DNA of 63,073 bases, counting the filler, from Choristocarpus tenellus KU-1152 (taxonomy: Eukaryota; Protista; Phaeophyceae), in assembly GCA_964200185.2 (NCBI GenBank). It is 12 parts of 12 records of this genome, joined end to end, with 100 filler letters (N's around TTAATTAATTAA, not from the genome) between each part and the next. Parts side by side here need not be neighbours in the genome. Positions count along the whole stretch, not along the records: positions 24,830 to 31,651 come from CAXNAD020007269.1; positions 31,752 to 38,506 come from CAXNAD020007422.1; 10 more parts are not named here. The stretch is one strand, 5' to 3'. The notes below the pieces were generated by a model. That model was not told the DNA's origin and searched no databases. It saw only the letters and a program-made list of their open reading frames with translations. A program made the translations under genes and the position numbers. The first letter of the stretch is position 1; the number at the start of each line of letters is the position of its first letter. Below, one piece after another: positions 26,636-38,506 of this stretch.

Positions 26636-26720
26636 CCCACCCCCCNNNNNNNNNNCAAATATAATTTTAAAAAAAATTAAAAAAAAAAAAAAAAAAAAAA
26701 AATCATAAACACACTAAAAA

Positions 26721-26754
<34 letters not shown>

Positions 26755-29700
26755 ACGGCTGACGAGAACCGAGGTAAGCAGAGCTGACTGTAGACATGAA
26801 GGCAAAGCACTGCCAGGGCTTTTGATGAAGAACCACGCAGTGCGTGCTTATGCAGAATAATAAAATAGAATCAAAGCCGATGATGAAATGCTTTTCACTG
26901 CAGTCTCAGAGATTTTTTCATATTAAAAAAAAAATGTGTGGGCGGGGGGGGGGGGGGGGGGTTTTTTTTCAGAAAATCCATTTTCTCAATAAAAGGGTCA
27001 CAAATTTGAGACGCTCCCCTCCTTTTTNNNNNNNNNNAAAAGAAAAGGCGAAGAAGAAAATATTTTACACGGAAGTCTAAGAGTTTTTTTAAAAAAAAAA
27101 AAAAAATGTGGGGGGGGGGGGGGGGGGGGGGATTTGTTCTGACAGAATCGACTTTCTCAATAAAATGGTCACCAATTTGAAACGCTACCCGACTCTTTTC
27201 GGCCAAGGTTTAAGTCGAAGACATCTCTGTCGGAAGCAGGCCGTTCGAACAAGGAACACAGTGGTCCATTTTACTTGCTGTATGCTGTTAACATCGGGCT
27301 CTTGGTCAGCACAGCACGGGAGGGGGGAGGCAAAACATCCAAGGTCTTGGACAATAACTGTTGCGCCACATCCCTACAGCCCTTAATAAAGGGCTTTTGG
27401 GGGGATGCACACCTACAGTCTTGTTGTCATAAGACAGGAAATAAATGAAAAAATACAAAAAAGGTTCGTATCACTCGAGCAAGCAAATTCAGGGAGAGTA
27501 TTGTGCTTGTATTATAAAACTTGTAATCCCCCCCCCCCCACACACGCACACACATTTTTTTTCAAGAATAGAAAAAGAAAACTCTCCTTTCGCATAGAAT
27601 ATGCCGCATGAAAAAAGATAAGAAGTATAACCAACCACTGCATTAGTGTAGTAGTAGTAGTAGTAGTAGAGGTAGTGGGGTTTTGCCCTTACCGCCTTCC
27701 CTGAATAAAGTGTGTGGATATCATCTGGGCGGGTGGCATTGGAAGCAACAGAGTTCTCTGCAATGCACAAAAGGGCATGCAGTGGGCCAGCACCAGCGGT
27801 GTCAGGTTCGGCGATCTCAGTGGCCTTGGCTGCAATAACACGCGCCTTCACAATGGACTGGAAAGCTGCAAGCACAGCCGCTGCACCCCCCATGTCCCGC
27901 TTCATGCCTGGCTGCAGGTTGGTGCCACCGAGGAAAGGTACAGATATCAGGCGAACTGTGTGTGTGTGCGCGTGTGTGCGTGCGATATAATTCAAAGAAA
28001 AAAGAAAAAGAACGTGTTGATTTTGTTTTTAAATCTGTTTCTCCTCTTGCCTGAAAATCAAATTCTCAGGGGAAAGTTCTGCAGCACTGGATGTCCATTC
28101 TTATTACTCTGTATGCGGTATGATACTTTGTGTGAAAATGTGCCATTATGTGGGGAAAAAGAGTTTCAGTGAGGTTTCCCTAGGCTGCTATTGTTAGCAT
28201 TTGTTGGGACAGGTGCCACCTGTAGCAACCTGGGGGGAGGGGGGGATCTGGGGGTACACTGGAGTAGGTGTGGGGTAGAGACTTCAACATTGCTGAGGTC
28301 TCAGGGTTGTGGAACAAATGCTGACACTCATGACTGCAGCTTGAAAGCCCGCTTCTGCACTTTGGGAGGATGTCTAAGAGTGGGAAATAAGAGGTAAGAG
28401 ATCATTCCCTATTCATTTTAGAGCCTTAGTATTACAGTTAAATAGGAAAGGTTTATTGGGATAGAGTTATAGGCATTTGGATAGGTATCTTCTGGGGGGG
28501 TGGGAGAGGGAAGCAGGACCTCGTCACCTCAAAAGCATATTTGGCGCATGCTCATTGATGTTATTTACTCCATTGGTTTGGCATAGTTCAATGCTCAAAA
28601 ACTAAGATCTCACAGTATCATTTCAGCCCCTGATAATGCAAATAGACCCAATTTGCATACTACTAGCTTCAGTAGACATGCTGTCCATGTTCACACAATC
28701 CAAACGATCAAGAGCTATAGGTGGGCTGAGCAGAACTCTGCCGCAAATCACCTGTTCTTCCAACAAAATGACATGTGAAAAAAAGGCCTGTTCCCAATCA
28801 TGACCACACTCTCCCCTCACCATGCCTGTCTTGGTCTTGATGGAGAGTCCTCCAGTGTCATAAACTATACCTTTGCCGACCAAGCACAACGATTTTCCCG
28901 TTAACCACCTCCCGTATGTGAGGACAACAAGCGCTGGAGGCTCAACGGCGGCCTTTCCCACTCCAAAAATGCCGCCAAAACCACGCTCTCGTAGCTCCTC
29001 CCCTCGTATGACCTTGATTTCAACGCCATAAGATTGAAGGGCGCTAGCAATTGACGACGCTTCCTCGACAAATGCGGAGGCATGGAGTATATTGGGAGGT
29101 GTATCAACGAGCCTTGATGCCAGCTGAATCCCCTCTGCTGCTACGGTAAGATTGGATCGCATGGTGGCCCATCCCTCTCGAGGAAATCGGAGGTACACAT
29201 TCACGCGCTGAGTGGGGCGTGTCGACGAATTCCCTTGCTGAGAGCTCCTCTTGCTGAACAGTGGGAAAGTCCGCGCTAGGGACACAAATGACACAACAAG
29301 AAAGGGGAGAGTGAGAAGAATAATATATCGAGGGGACGATCTGGTTCGAAAGGGGATAAAGATAGCGAATCAACCTTGACGAAGCGTGTTTGCCGTTGGG
29401 TTAGATTTCGTGCCAAGGAGAGCTGAACTTACCACCCTGCGGCAAACGCATGCGCTGGCTCCACCAAGCACATCACGACTGAAATGTCTTCCCTCCACTT
29501 GTTACTCCTCATACAATCTGCTACCGAATGTGGTCGTGAAGGAGAGTTGTGTCGACTTGAGTCCTTTGCTAGCGCGCACAAAGCAATACGCCGTGGTTTG
29601 CCTCCATCTCCAGTGGGTAGGTATGTTTCAGCCATCGAGGGTTTGTCTCCTGAGGGTGAGAGGCCAGAGATAATTCCTTGAAGAAGGCACAGCTGGGCAG

Positions 29701-30087
29701 GGTCTTCAGCCGCGAACTGGCAACTGACTGAGCCAAGAACCTGGTCACAACGTGCAAGGTGGACGAGAATCGTTGAGTGAAATGAAACCCGAAAGCCCTC
29801 CCCCGCTAGAGATTGGCCAAACAGGGGTCCAAACCCATGAGCAAGGCCTCTTTCAAGTTCATAATCATAGCACCATCTACCATAACGCATTGCTTCCTAT
29901 ACATAGTGCAATTCTGTCCGTTAGGAACGATATATGCCGCCTCTCCACAATTCTTGTCTTCTCCTCTGGTTAAGACTCTCACCGTCTTGTCATCGATCAA
30001 CACAAGGTTCTGAGGCAAAGGTGGGTGCAGCTCGTCTACATGAAGGAAATCCAGACATACTCTCGACTCAGTCTCGGCGACAGCCAT
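24939..30087 (-). CDS. NPEPL1: M17 leucyl aminopeptidase, NPEPL1-type; exons about 30087-29983, 29740-29433, 29278-28821, 27911-27693, 25201-24939; 3' end beyond contig
   Basis: SRHNSPSR, ARTFPLFS, VGKGIVYDTGGLSIK, PGMKRDMGGAA, TRPDDIHTLYSGK, VEINNTDAEGRL, DMATLTGAQGIATGK. The exon 2/3 junction phase was not fully resolved. Confidence 0.93.
25442..25597. repeat. 39-bp minisatellite x4 (intronic)
   Basis: AATGGACAAAATGAATCCATTCCACCTTTTAATCGTCAG head-to-tail with no spacers. Confidence 0.95.
25865..25948. repeat. 27-bp tandem repeat x3
   Basis: TTTTTCACTGTACCCTTATTGCGATTC units. Confidence 0.9.
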
Positions 30088-30402
30088 TATCTACTTTCAC
30101 GACTTGGACAGATACTGTGTTGTAAGACTACAATAATCTATATGACTCCAAATAAGTAGTCGGTATATCAAGTGGACAGTCTGACGAATAATGTCACCAT
30201 CCATGAAACTGTTGATAAAGAACAGACCATACCATAAGATCGCTAGAGAAACGTGAAAATCCCTTCTACAACCTCCTTACCCGTAACTAATTTTCAACTC
30301 TAAAAATAGACCGACCGGTTATAATCAGAACTATATGCCACAAAGTGCTGCATTAAGTGGCATACCTGTTAGCAAACACACTCCTCTACGCAATTTTGGG
30401 TG

Positions 30403-31288
30403 ATGGATCATTTCTCCTTCTCTGCCTCGCACGAAGAGGTCCAACATGTCGTTAACATCCAACGGGTGGTCCGAGGCTTCGCTGGTCGCCTTGCTGCACT
30501 GAAACAAGTCAATGAAGTCATCGAGAAGATTTATGATCCTCGAACAGGGGGCTTCTACTATTACAACTCAATTACTGGCGAATCTTCCTGGAAGGTGTGG
30601 CCCTTGTCTTCACTCTCTATCTTGTTTGTTACGTCATGGCGAGACCCGCAAGATACTCGTCTACCCGCACAACAGTTGTGCCTACTTCAGCCGAGGAGTT
30701 GATACGCAAACGACACGATTCAAAACCCCCTTCTCTTACAGTCACCCGCCATGTTAAAAAGAATACTTGGAGAGTTTGGAGACCTCGAACACGTTGCAAA
30801 CACCTACACGGATGAGCAGGCAGCGGTAATGCTCCAGGTAATTGTGTTCTGCGCAATCTTCCGTCATAGATCTAGTTCGAGTCTTGCCTACCCCTGCCTG
30901 TTGAGCTACGACCATGGAACCTAATGCATTGCCCACACCTTTATTGAGTTTCCTGGACTTCTGTGATACCACCTTGAGCAACCTTTCGCAAACCTCAATA
31001 TAGTCTTGCGAAAACAAAACCACCATTCCCCTCCTTTCTATGCACGAGTACTTTCAATGGAAGAATCTAGCAGTTTCAATGCTTCGATAGAGTTACTCTT
31101 TTCCTTGCGACTTATCAATTGCCCATCTCAAGGCAGCGTGGCGTCAACGAATGGCCAAGAAGATAACACGTACCCTTGTGGCATCTGTGATCCTCAAAGT
31201 ATACGACCCTTCAACTGGAGCTGACTACTATTACAACACTATGACAGGAGACACCTTTTGGAGCAAGCCCTCCCTCCTGGGCCAGGAG
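30403..31288 (+). CDS. IQ-motif/WW-domain repeat protein, 5' part; exons 30403-30594, 30742-30837, 31133-31288
   Basis: IQRVVRGFAGR then YDPRTGGFYYYNSITGESSWK|SP; LQ|AAWRQRMA then YDPSTGADYYYNTMTGDTFWSKP. All joins phase 0, GT-AG. Confidence 0.85.
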
Positions 31289-31480
31289 GTTCGTAAGGAA
31301 TTCAGTACTAAATTGTTCGATTGTTTTATATATATTGTTGGGATATACACATCTGGTAGGTGTATTGATATACTAAATGCTATCAACAAATACTTCATAT
31401 TTCTTGAGACAACACTTGAATGCACAGTTGTGATTCTAAAAGAATCACCGAGGAAAAAACCCTGACGATGCAGTTGTTTA

Positions 31481-31651
31481 GGCTCAAAGTATCTGGGGCG
31501 GGGGAGTTGGCGGCTGTCCATTTGGTCCCATTTTTTCATGTCGCAATTTTTGGGTAATTTGGTTGCATGTGTCGGATGGTTAATGTAAGTGCACTTTTCC
31601 TGATCAGAGCTCAAATGGACACCCTGGTGTGGACCCCCACCCCTCCCCCCC
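31481..31651 (+). mobile_element. MITE family B, near full length, cut by contig end
   Basis: GGCTCAAAGTATCTGGGG TIR; body colinear with 43731-43917. Confidence 0.88.
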
Positions 31652-34030
31652 NNNNNNNNNNNNNNNNNNNNNNNNNNNNNNNNNNNNNNNNNNNNTTAAT
31701 TAATTAANNNNNNNNNNNNNNNNNNNNNNNNNNNNNNNNNNNNNNNNNNNNAAAATTTAATGGGGAACTGCGGCAAGCCAGGGGAGGGAGAGGGAACAGG
31801 ACGGTGAGTGGGTGCCGGGGGGGGGGCTACGCTGGGAGGGAAAGAGGAGGGGGAGCTCAGCCAGTTTGTAGCCGCTGTCTTCCAGCAGTTCCGTGCAGAA
31901 AGGTGCAGTGAGGTGTGTGTGGCTGGGTAAGCCGATGGGGGCTGTACTGGGGGGGGAAGATTAGACGAAGATCGTCCGCCACTAAGAGGTCACAGTGATA
32001 GAGCAGCAGGAGGAAGGAAAGAATCAGGGAGATGGCTGTGTGGTCTGTGATTGCGGAAAACGAGGAGAAGCTACACTGGCTAGCAGGCACAGTGCTCCGG
32101 CAGTGCCATGCATAGAAAGGATGGGTTTTACCGAGGGGGGGTCTGTGCCTTTTGTAATATTTGATTATTGAGGAAATAATGCACATGTTAGGATTAGGGT
32201 TCGGACTAGAAGATACGTCGGATAGATGTGATGATAGTTATAAATACTCACTGCTTTGCCTCTATCAATACCTGCAAATATATAAAATGATTTTTAAGAT
32301 AATTTTTCACTTTAGTCTGAGGGGTTAGGACTCATAGTCGAAAGATACTCAAAAGGAAGCAATGCACACTACCTGAGATAGAAGTACTATAGAAGAAGAA
32401 AAAATATATTCTGGAGTGAGAGAGGAATTAGGAAGAAAATACATATATAGAACATTGTCAGTATAAGCCCTAAAGGAACAAAATGTAATAAATGTGAAAG
32501 ATACTAATCTATTTGTTACTTCACCATTATGTTGTTCTACTGCTGCCTTCCTGTGTCTTCAATCTACCTATACCTGTGCCCCGGGGGGAGGAGCTAGGGA
32601 GGCATCCCAGTAATCCAATAAACCCCTCCGTGCCCATCTCCCTGGTGATTCTAGCTTAAAACGCATGACACGTGTAAACAGTGCCACTTGCGTAGTTACC
32701 GAGACAATTTGACGTAGCCAGGATTTAACTACTCCTTTCCTGCTATATCCTCCCACTCCTCTCCCCCCCACCATGCATGTAGCCAGCTCACCTACTGTCG
32801 GTCCATTGTAAAGCCCTGGATATTCTCGTTAGTCGTGGCCTTGGTGTGTTCATGTGTACTGGTCAGCGTTTGCACCTCTGTAGCATCTCTATCTACATAT
32901 ATGGGTTTCCACATATTTCCTTGAGAGCAAGGGAAAAATACCTGTTGTTCCCTCATGTCAAGTGGACAAGAATGCCTGTCAAGCCTATACCTTGACAACT
33001 TTGCCCTCAATAACGCTTTTCAAGATTCAATAGACAAATAATTATAATGTTATTATATACGAAAAAACAATCTCGACTCTAATATCATAGATACCTTCTC
33101 ACTATATATGAATATACCATGCACACGACGTAGTAGGCTGTACTACCACTCCAAATGCGTTTCTGTATGAATATCCATGTCTGGGAGTGGGGGAATCAAT
33201 CTACGTGAAGAGCGCCTCATTGGAAGTTACATAAAAAAAGGTCTTCGCATCAGTCCCAGTAGTAGTAGTGTTATTGATAATGAAAGAGCAAATGCAAGAA
33301 CCTGCCTTGTACGTTTGTGCATATGTGGCACATCTTCAAATCAGAAAGTATTACTACAAGAATGTCCTGATAAGAGAATAACGAGGCTGACTTCCACCGA
33401 AATTGTGTCTGATTATCAAGTGATCCGTGTTTGTGGAAGTTTTTAAAAATATTACTTCGTATGTTACAGTGTTGGCATGAACACTTCTATGTAAGGACTC
33501 CAACATCTTTTGAAAGCATCAAATATTGCTGGTTGTGCACTGTTTTAAAATACAAAACAGATATAGGAGACATCTTGAATCACTTGTAAACTTGAGAAAC
33601 TCAGCTACGCTAACCTCAAATGTCACCCAACACTTGTGTACCTCTTGATACCCCTCCACTTGCCGAAAGACATGTTCAGACTAAAGTATGCTGTTCGTGA
33701 ACTTCCTATCTCCTTCCCACCCTATTCAGAGCTGCCGCAGGAATGAAAATTGCTGAATGTAAAAGGTAAATACAAATACGAGTACACAGTGCAATCAAGA
33801 CCTCGTTGGATCAATTGTCTTTCAATCCACCCAGAAACTTTACACTTCTTCACATTTACACTATAAATTGTGTTGGGTTCCTGGTACTCAATCACCAAGA
33901 AACGAAGGAACTCTGAGGATAACACATATTTCACGCAGTGAGGGGGCCATGAACACGCGGCGTTCCAGGCTACTGCTGCCACCAGACGTCTTTGAACAAC
34001 TATTTGATGGATTGGTCCAAATAGCAAGCG

Positions 34031-34645
34031 TTAACGGTCACCCATGATGTTAGCTCCGACATCTCCAAACCAGACAGGTTCATCGCCTTTCTTCAATGCA
34101 AGCTCCTTGGCAGTTTGCATGGTGAAGCATGCTTGACAACACATGGCGGATAAACAACTGTCGATTGTGAAGGGGAGGAGAAGGAGCATCGTCAATTGAA
34201 AATTAATATTATTTAGGGTTAAACAGCACGAAAAGGTGATGCGACCACTGGTTGCCCCGTAGAGTAGCACCAGTCTACCAGGTTTTATCATCGCAAAACT
34301 GTTGCTATGCTAGAAGTGTTTGGGCTTACTACCTCACAATACGCCAGCTCGAAGTCTGCATTAGTTGGCTCATCGAGGACAATATCAGTTGGGGACTCAT
34401 GTAATAGATTCTCACTCTGGTGCCGGAGCGTAGCCCATATTGTACTTGGACCGCAAGCTCTGGCGGTCAGCATAGGCGCTCGCTGCGCAGGTGTCGAATG
34501 GTGTACACTCGCGTTCATCTAGCCTGGACCTCGTGAAGGCACTCACGACACAGCTGCAACAGCAGGAGAGTACTAGGCCAACAGGATCCGACAGGCAGTC
34601 AAACAGGGACACGTCCATCCCTGGGGACATTGCCTTGTTGGCATT
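34031..34645 (-). CDS. PLAC8-family Cys-rich protein; exons 34645-34416 and 34157-34031, possible upstream micro-exon MAK at 34843-34835
   Basis: SLFDCLSD...SCCCSCV, RQSLRSKY, spliced D|CLSAMCCQACFTMQTAKEL. Confidence 0.85.
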
Positions 34646-35613
34646 CTGGACGTTCTGGTTCTTAGCGAGTGTCTGTTGATCGGGAACAAACCCGGAGACT
34701 TTTTGATCAGAGACAAAACTGAGGTAAAAGAGTATGGCTACGAGGACTTTATGGCACAAACACCTCCAACTACCTTAAATAATAGTGGTGAATCCAGGAG
34801 GTAACGTCAGCATGACACCAAACAATTGACAAACTTTTGCCATGCTATCGAAACCCTATGTACAGTGTCGCAGTATCCGCCAACATCATAACAAAATGTC
34901 TCCACGAAGGACCACCGACACGGCGATTCATCCCATAGTATACCCTCCGCATCATCATATTGATCCTTGGATTACCACGCTTTCAAACGGTCATGGCAAG
35001 TACGTGTGGAGGACTTGATGTATGGTGCCGACTACTCTTCAAAGTAGCGGAATGTAACAGGCTGTTGCTACAAGTAAAGGAGATATACACTCACCTCACT
35101 GGCGGATGCCATATTATCTCCCTTCTTAGTTCTTCAGCTCCCGACTACTGTGATGGAAGAGAAAAATATAGATTGGCGAAGACTTGTGTTGGGGTTGGGT
35201 TGAGCTTGGGGAAGTGGGCTTGTGAGCATGACGATGTGTTGTAATACTTATCTCTCTATTTTTTCAACCTTAGGTGACCAACAACAATCTCCAGAAATAT
35301 CGATGTGGGAAAATCAACTGTAACCTCTTGATGTATACAACTAGAGTACATATGCTTCCTTCTAACTGTGCCTCCATGAGAATATGTCCAACGACTGGGA
35401 GAAATTGACTGAATCACACTTGAATTTTCTCCCAGTGAATATTTGGTGTCGTTTTTTTTTAACCGTAGGTGTAATAATGTCTAACCTACGGACCTAACCC
35501 AGAGCCAATTGTATTCTATTTATATATATATTTGGTAAATTGTAATCCAAAAACGAGGTATGTGTAAGGTTGTAGGGTTAACAACATTACATGATGGATA
35601 ATTATTTGTGACA

Positions 35614-35795
35614 GACCTAAAGTATCTGAGGGGGTTGGTTGGGAGGTCTACACCAGGGTGTCCATTTGGGCTAAAACCAGGAAAAGTGCACTTACATTAT
35701 CCATCCGACGTACGCAACAAAATCACCCAAAATTGCGACATGGAAAAAATGAACCCCAAATGGACACCCGTCACCTGCCCCAGATACTCTGAGCC
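35614..35795 (-). mobile_element. MITE family B, full length
   Basis: GACCTAAAGTATCTGAG...CCCCAGATACTCTGAGCC; 3-bp TSD ACA / ACA. Confidence 0.88.
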
Positions 35796-36184
35796 ACAAC
35801 TCGGAAGTTGAGGTGGAACAACTAATTCTTTGTGTTGAGTATAATACAAAAGAACTGTATGGAAAAGTCACTCAGAATATTTTGTGGGGAGGAGGATCTG
35901 ACGCCAATTTTGGTTCTCTTCATTTTATTATTCCAACCATAATTTTTTGGTAGTACTTCGAGTAAGTTCATGGATGTATGGACAAAGTTATGAAATAATA
36001 CTACAATAATATGATAATTATATAGCCAACAAAAAGTTCATTCGATAATAGATAGATTGGTACGAACTATATCATCGCCTACTTCTCAGAGAAAAAAAAC
36101 AAGCTAGGAAAAATAGTAAGACAAGTTTTGTTCCAATGACACACTATTTGATACACTTACTTGGTGTACACTTACTTGGTGTAC

Positions 36185-37530
36185 CTATATAAGAGTGGTT
36201 GATATAATAAGAGAAAACGGGATATAAGAGAGGGTGAATTCCTATATCACCTCTTTTGAGGTTATAAGAGAGGTTTGGGCGTGTTCCTACCAATCCTCTC
36301 TTTTACATGGAGCAAACTCGCATTTTTTTTCACTACTTGACCGAGGGTTTTATCAAAAGTTTGGGCGTTTTCCTAACAATTATCTCTTTTATATGGAGCA
36401 AACTAGCATTTTTTTTCATTACTTGACCAAAGGGGTTTATCAAAAAGTCATGTCTAAAGTTAAGAAATATATACAAAACTAAGACACAAAACTGGTCGAG
36501 ACCAGTAATACGCAGCATAGCAGTCTTTTGTCTCTCAGTACTGCGAAGTACAGGACATGCAGTATATCACATCAAGTTTAGACGACTGCATTGTACAGAT
36601 ATATAACGATGCCCAGCACAGTGGAATCCAGCCGCAACATACAGGGTAATACTCCTAATCCGCCACACTATACATGCCATTTGCGAAATGAAACACGTTT
36701 GCAAATTGTGTGCGAGCTCCACCAAGTGCAAGGCTTTGAGTCCTCCAGTTGTTGACAACATGGCGTTGAAGCGCCAATATAACAAGGGCTTGGAAATCTC
36801 TGAAACATCTGGCAATTAAACAAGAGAAGGGCAAGGGGAAGGTGCTACCAAATAAATCTATCGAGAAAGACGCGTCCTACAAGCCTTGCGATGCTGTCAA
36901 TCATAAACGCTTGAGCTTTTACAAGAGTAGGTGGAAGCGTTGACACTCATGAAGACCATGACGGGAACTGCGGCTGCTCAAAAGTTTGGAATTTGTCACA
37001 GCACCCTCTACAAGCTGGAGAAGGAGGAAAAAACAATCATGGAGAAAGCACAGACGCTGAAGCCTAGAGGCACGTCCCACAAGGCATCCTATGAGGATCT
37101 CTCCAATGCTCTTGACGCTCTGCACCTCAAACCCGTCGGAAAACCTTCTCAGACTTCCATCGACGCAGTGAGAGTGTGGATCAGTGTGGAAGACAACGAT
37201 GAAGTGGACAATGCGATACTAGAGGACATGAAAGACCAGCTCCTCGAGGAATCATTGTACCAGTCTGACAATGAAAGCTCGGGTGATGAGGATGACGATG
37301 GGTTTATGGGAGGGGGCAGGGCATCGGGGGCGTGAGGAAAGGAGCAGCCTCTTCAGTGTTCTCAATTCCTCCACTGCCGTACTCTCAAGTAGCTGACGAG
37401 TTTGTAAGCTTAGAAACAACCACCGAAGAGTGCAGCATGAACGATGTTTCGTACTATCTCCGGAAAGCAAAGCTAGCTTGGCTCATCACAGTTGGGGCAA
37501 GGGCAATCAAACAAGCAGACATCCACCATT
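36185..37530 (+). mobile_element. Internally deleted pogo/CENP-B-like (psq-type HTH) DNA transposon relic
   Basis: RLS..VEALTLMKTMTGTAAAQKFGICHSTLYKL HTH joined to an acidic tail with no DDE domain; second copy at 45560-46226; ~90-bp duplicated block near 36297-36450. Confidence 0.65.
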
Positions 37531-38472
37531 TTTGGGGGGGTTGCGATTTTTTTATTTTATTGATAACAGTAGCTTCGCCCTCTGGAGTTGTCCCGTCATA
37601 ACTTTTGATGTAGATATTGGATAAAAAATAAAAGGATAATCGTGATGCCCGTCGCAAGACTCTCCAGAACACGGGTTTCGTTTTTCCGCCATTTTTTTCT
37701 TTTTTTGAAGAAAGAGCGCTCATATTGGGGTTCGAACCCTGGGTTTTAGGTCACCAAGAGTGGTAACAGATATACTATTACTTGATTGAATTATAGGATT
37801 TAGGTGGGAAAAAAGCCTTCCCACCCTTTCTTCCTGTGTGTTCGCGCACCTACTCTTTGACCTCGGCAAGGATGTCCTCATCGAGACCCAGGACGAAACG
37901 CCTCTCATAGTGCCCACCCTTGCTCCGACACCTTGATGTGGCCCTTAGTTAGAAAGTCTACCATTTACTCACAGTTTCCGGTCTGACCATCGCATATCCT
38001 GCTGCCATCTTAAGCGCCGTTTGACAGTCTTTCCCATCGTTCATACACACATACAGGATTTACAGTGTTAGAGCCTTAGCTATCACATTTCCTTGTTGAG
38101 CGCCAGAAATGAGCGTTGTCCGTGTTTCCTGGACAGGTGATATTTTTTTTCATCAAGGCGCAAGGGCGAGGGAGGACAGGCTTGAGTTGATCGAAAATTG
38201 TGTTGATTTCTTGAATGAACGCAGGCTGGGAGAAAGGCTTAATCAACTTGATATGTCCAACCCCAAGTCCAGGAACAAAAGTTAATGTACGTCATCTTGC
38301 AAGAAGTGGGAGACAACAAACCACTGGTGTGCAAATAGTCCCAATCTCACCTCCTTTTCTTTCCTGGTGTCCTTGTCGATGGCTACCTCCACCTGCTTCG
38401 CGACCTCTTTGAAGTAAAGGATTTGGTGGTATCGAAAAGTCTCCACAGCTGCCTTTGTTACGATCGCTTTCA

Positions 38473-38506
38473 GGCTCAAGGTATCTGAGGGGGGGGTGGT
38501 CGCAGT
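38473..38506 (+). mobile_element. MITE family B terminus at contig end
   Basis: GGCTCAAGGTATCTGAGGGGGGGGTGG. Confidence 0.7.

Noticed and set aside
26500-27200. Duplicated ~150-bp segments around poly-G/poly-C runs and 10-N gaps
   Set aside because: One copy looks like an error-rich version of the other next to homopolymers; probably a sequencing or scaffolding artefact.
4795-30087. Two aminopeptidases (M1 and M17) as a possible functional cluster
   Set aside because: They are on different contigs separated by artificial linkers, so linkage is unsupported.
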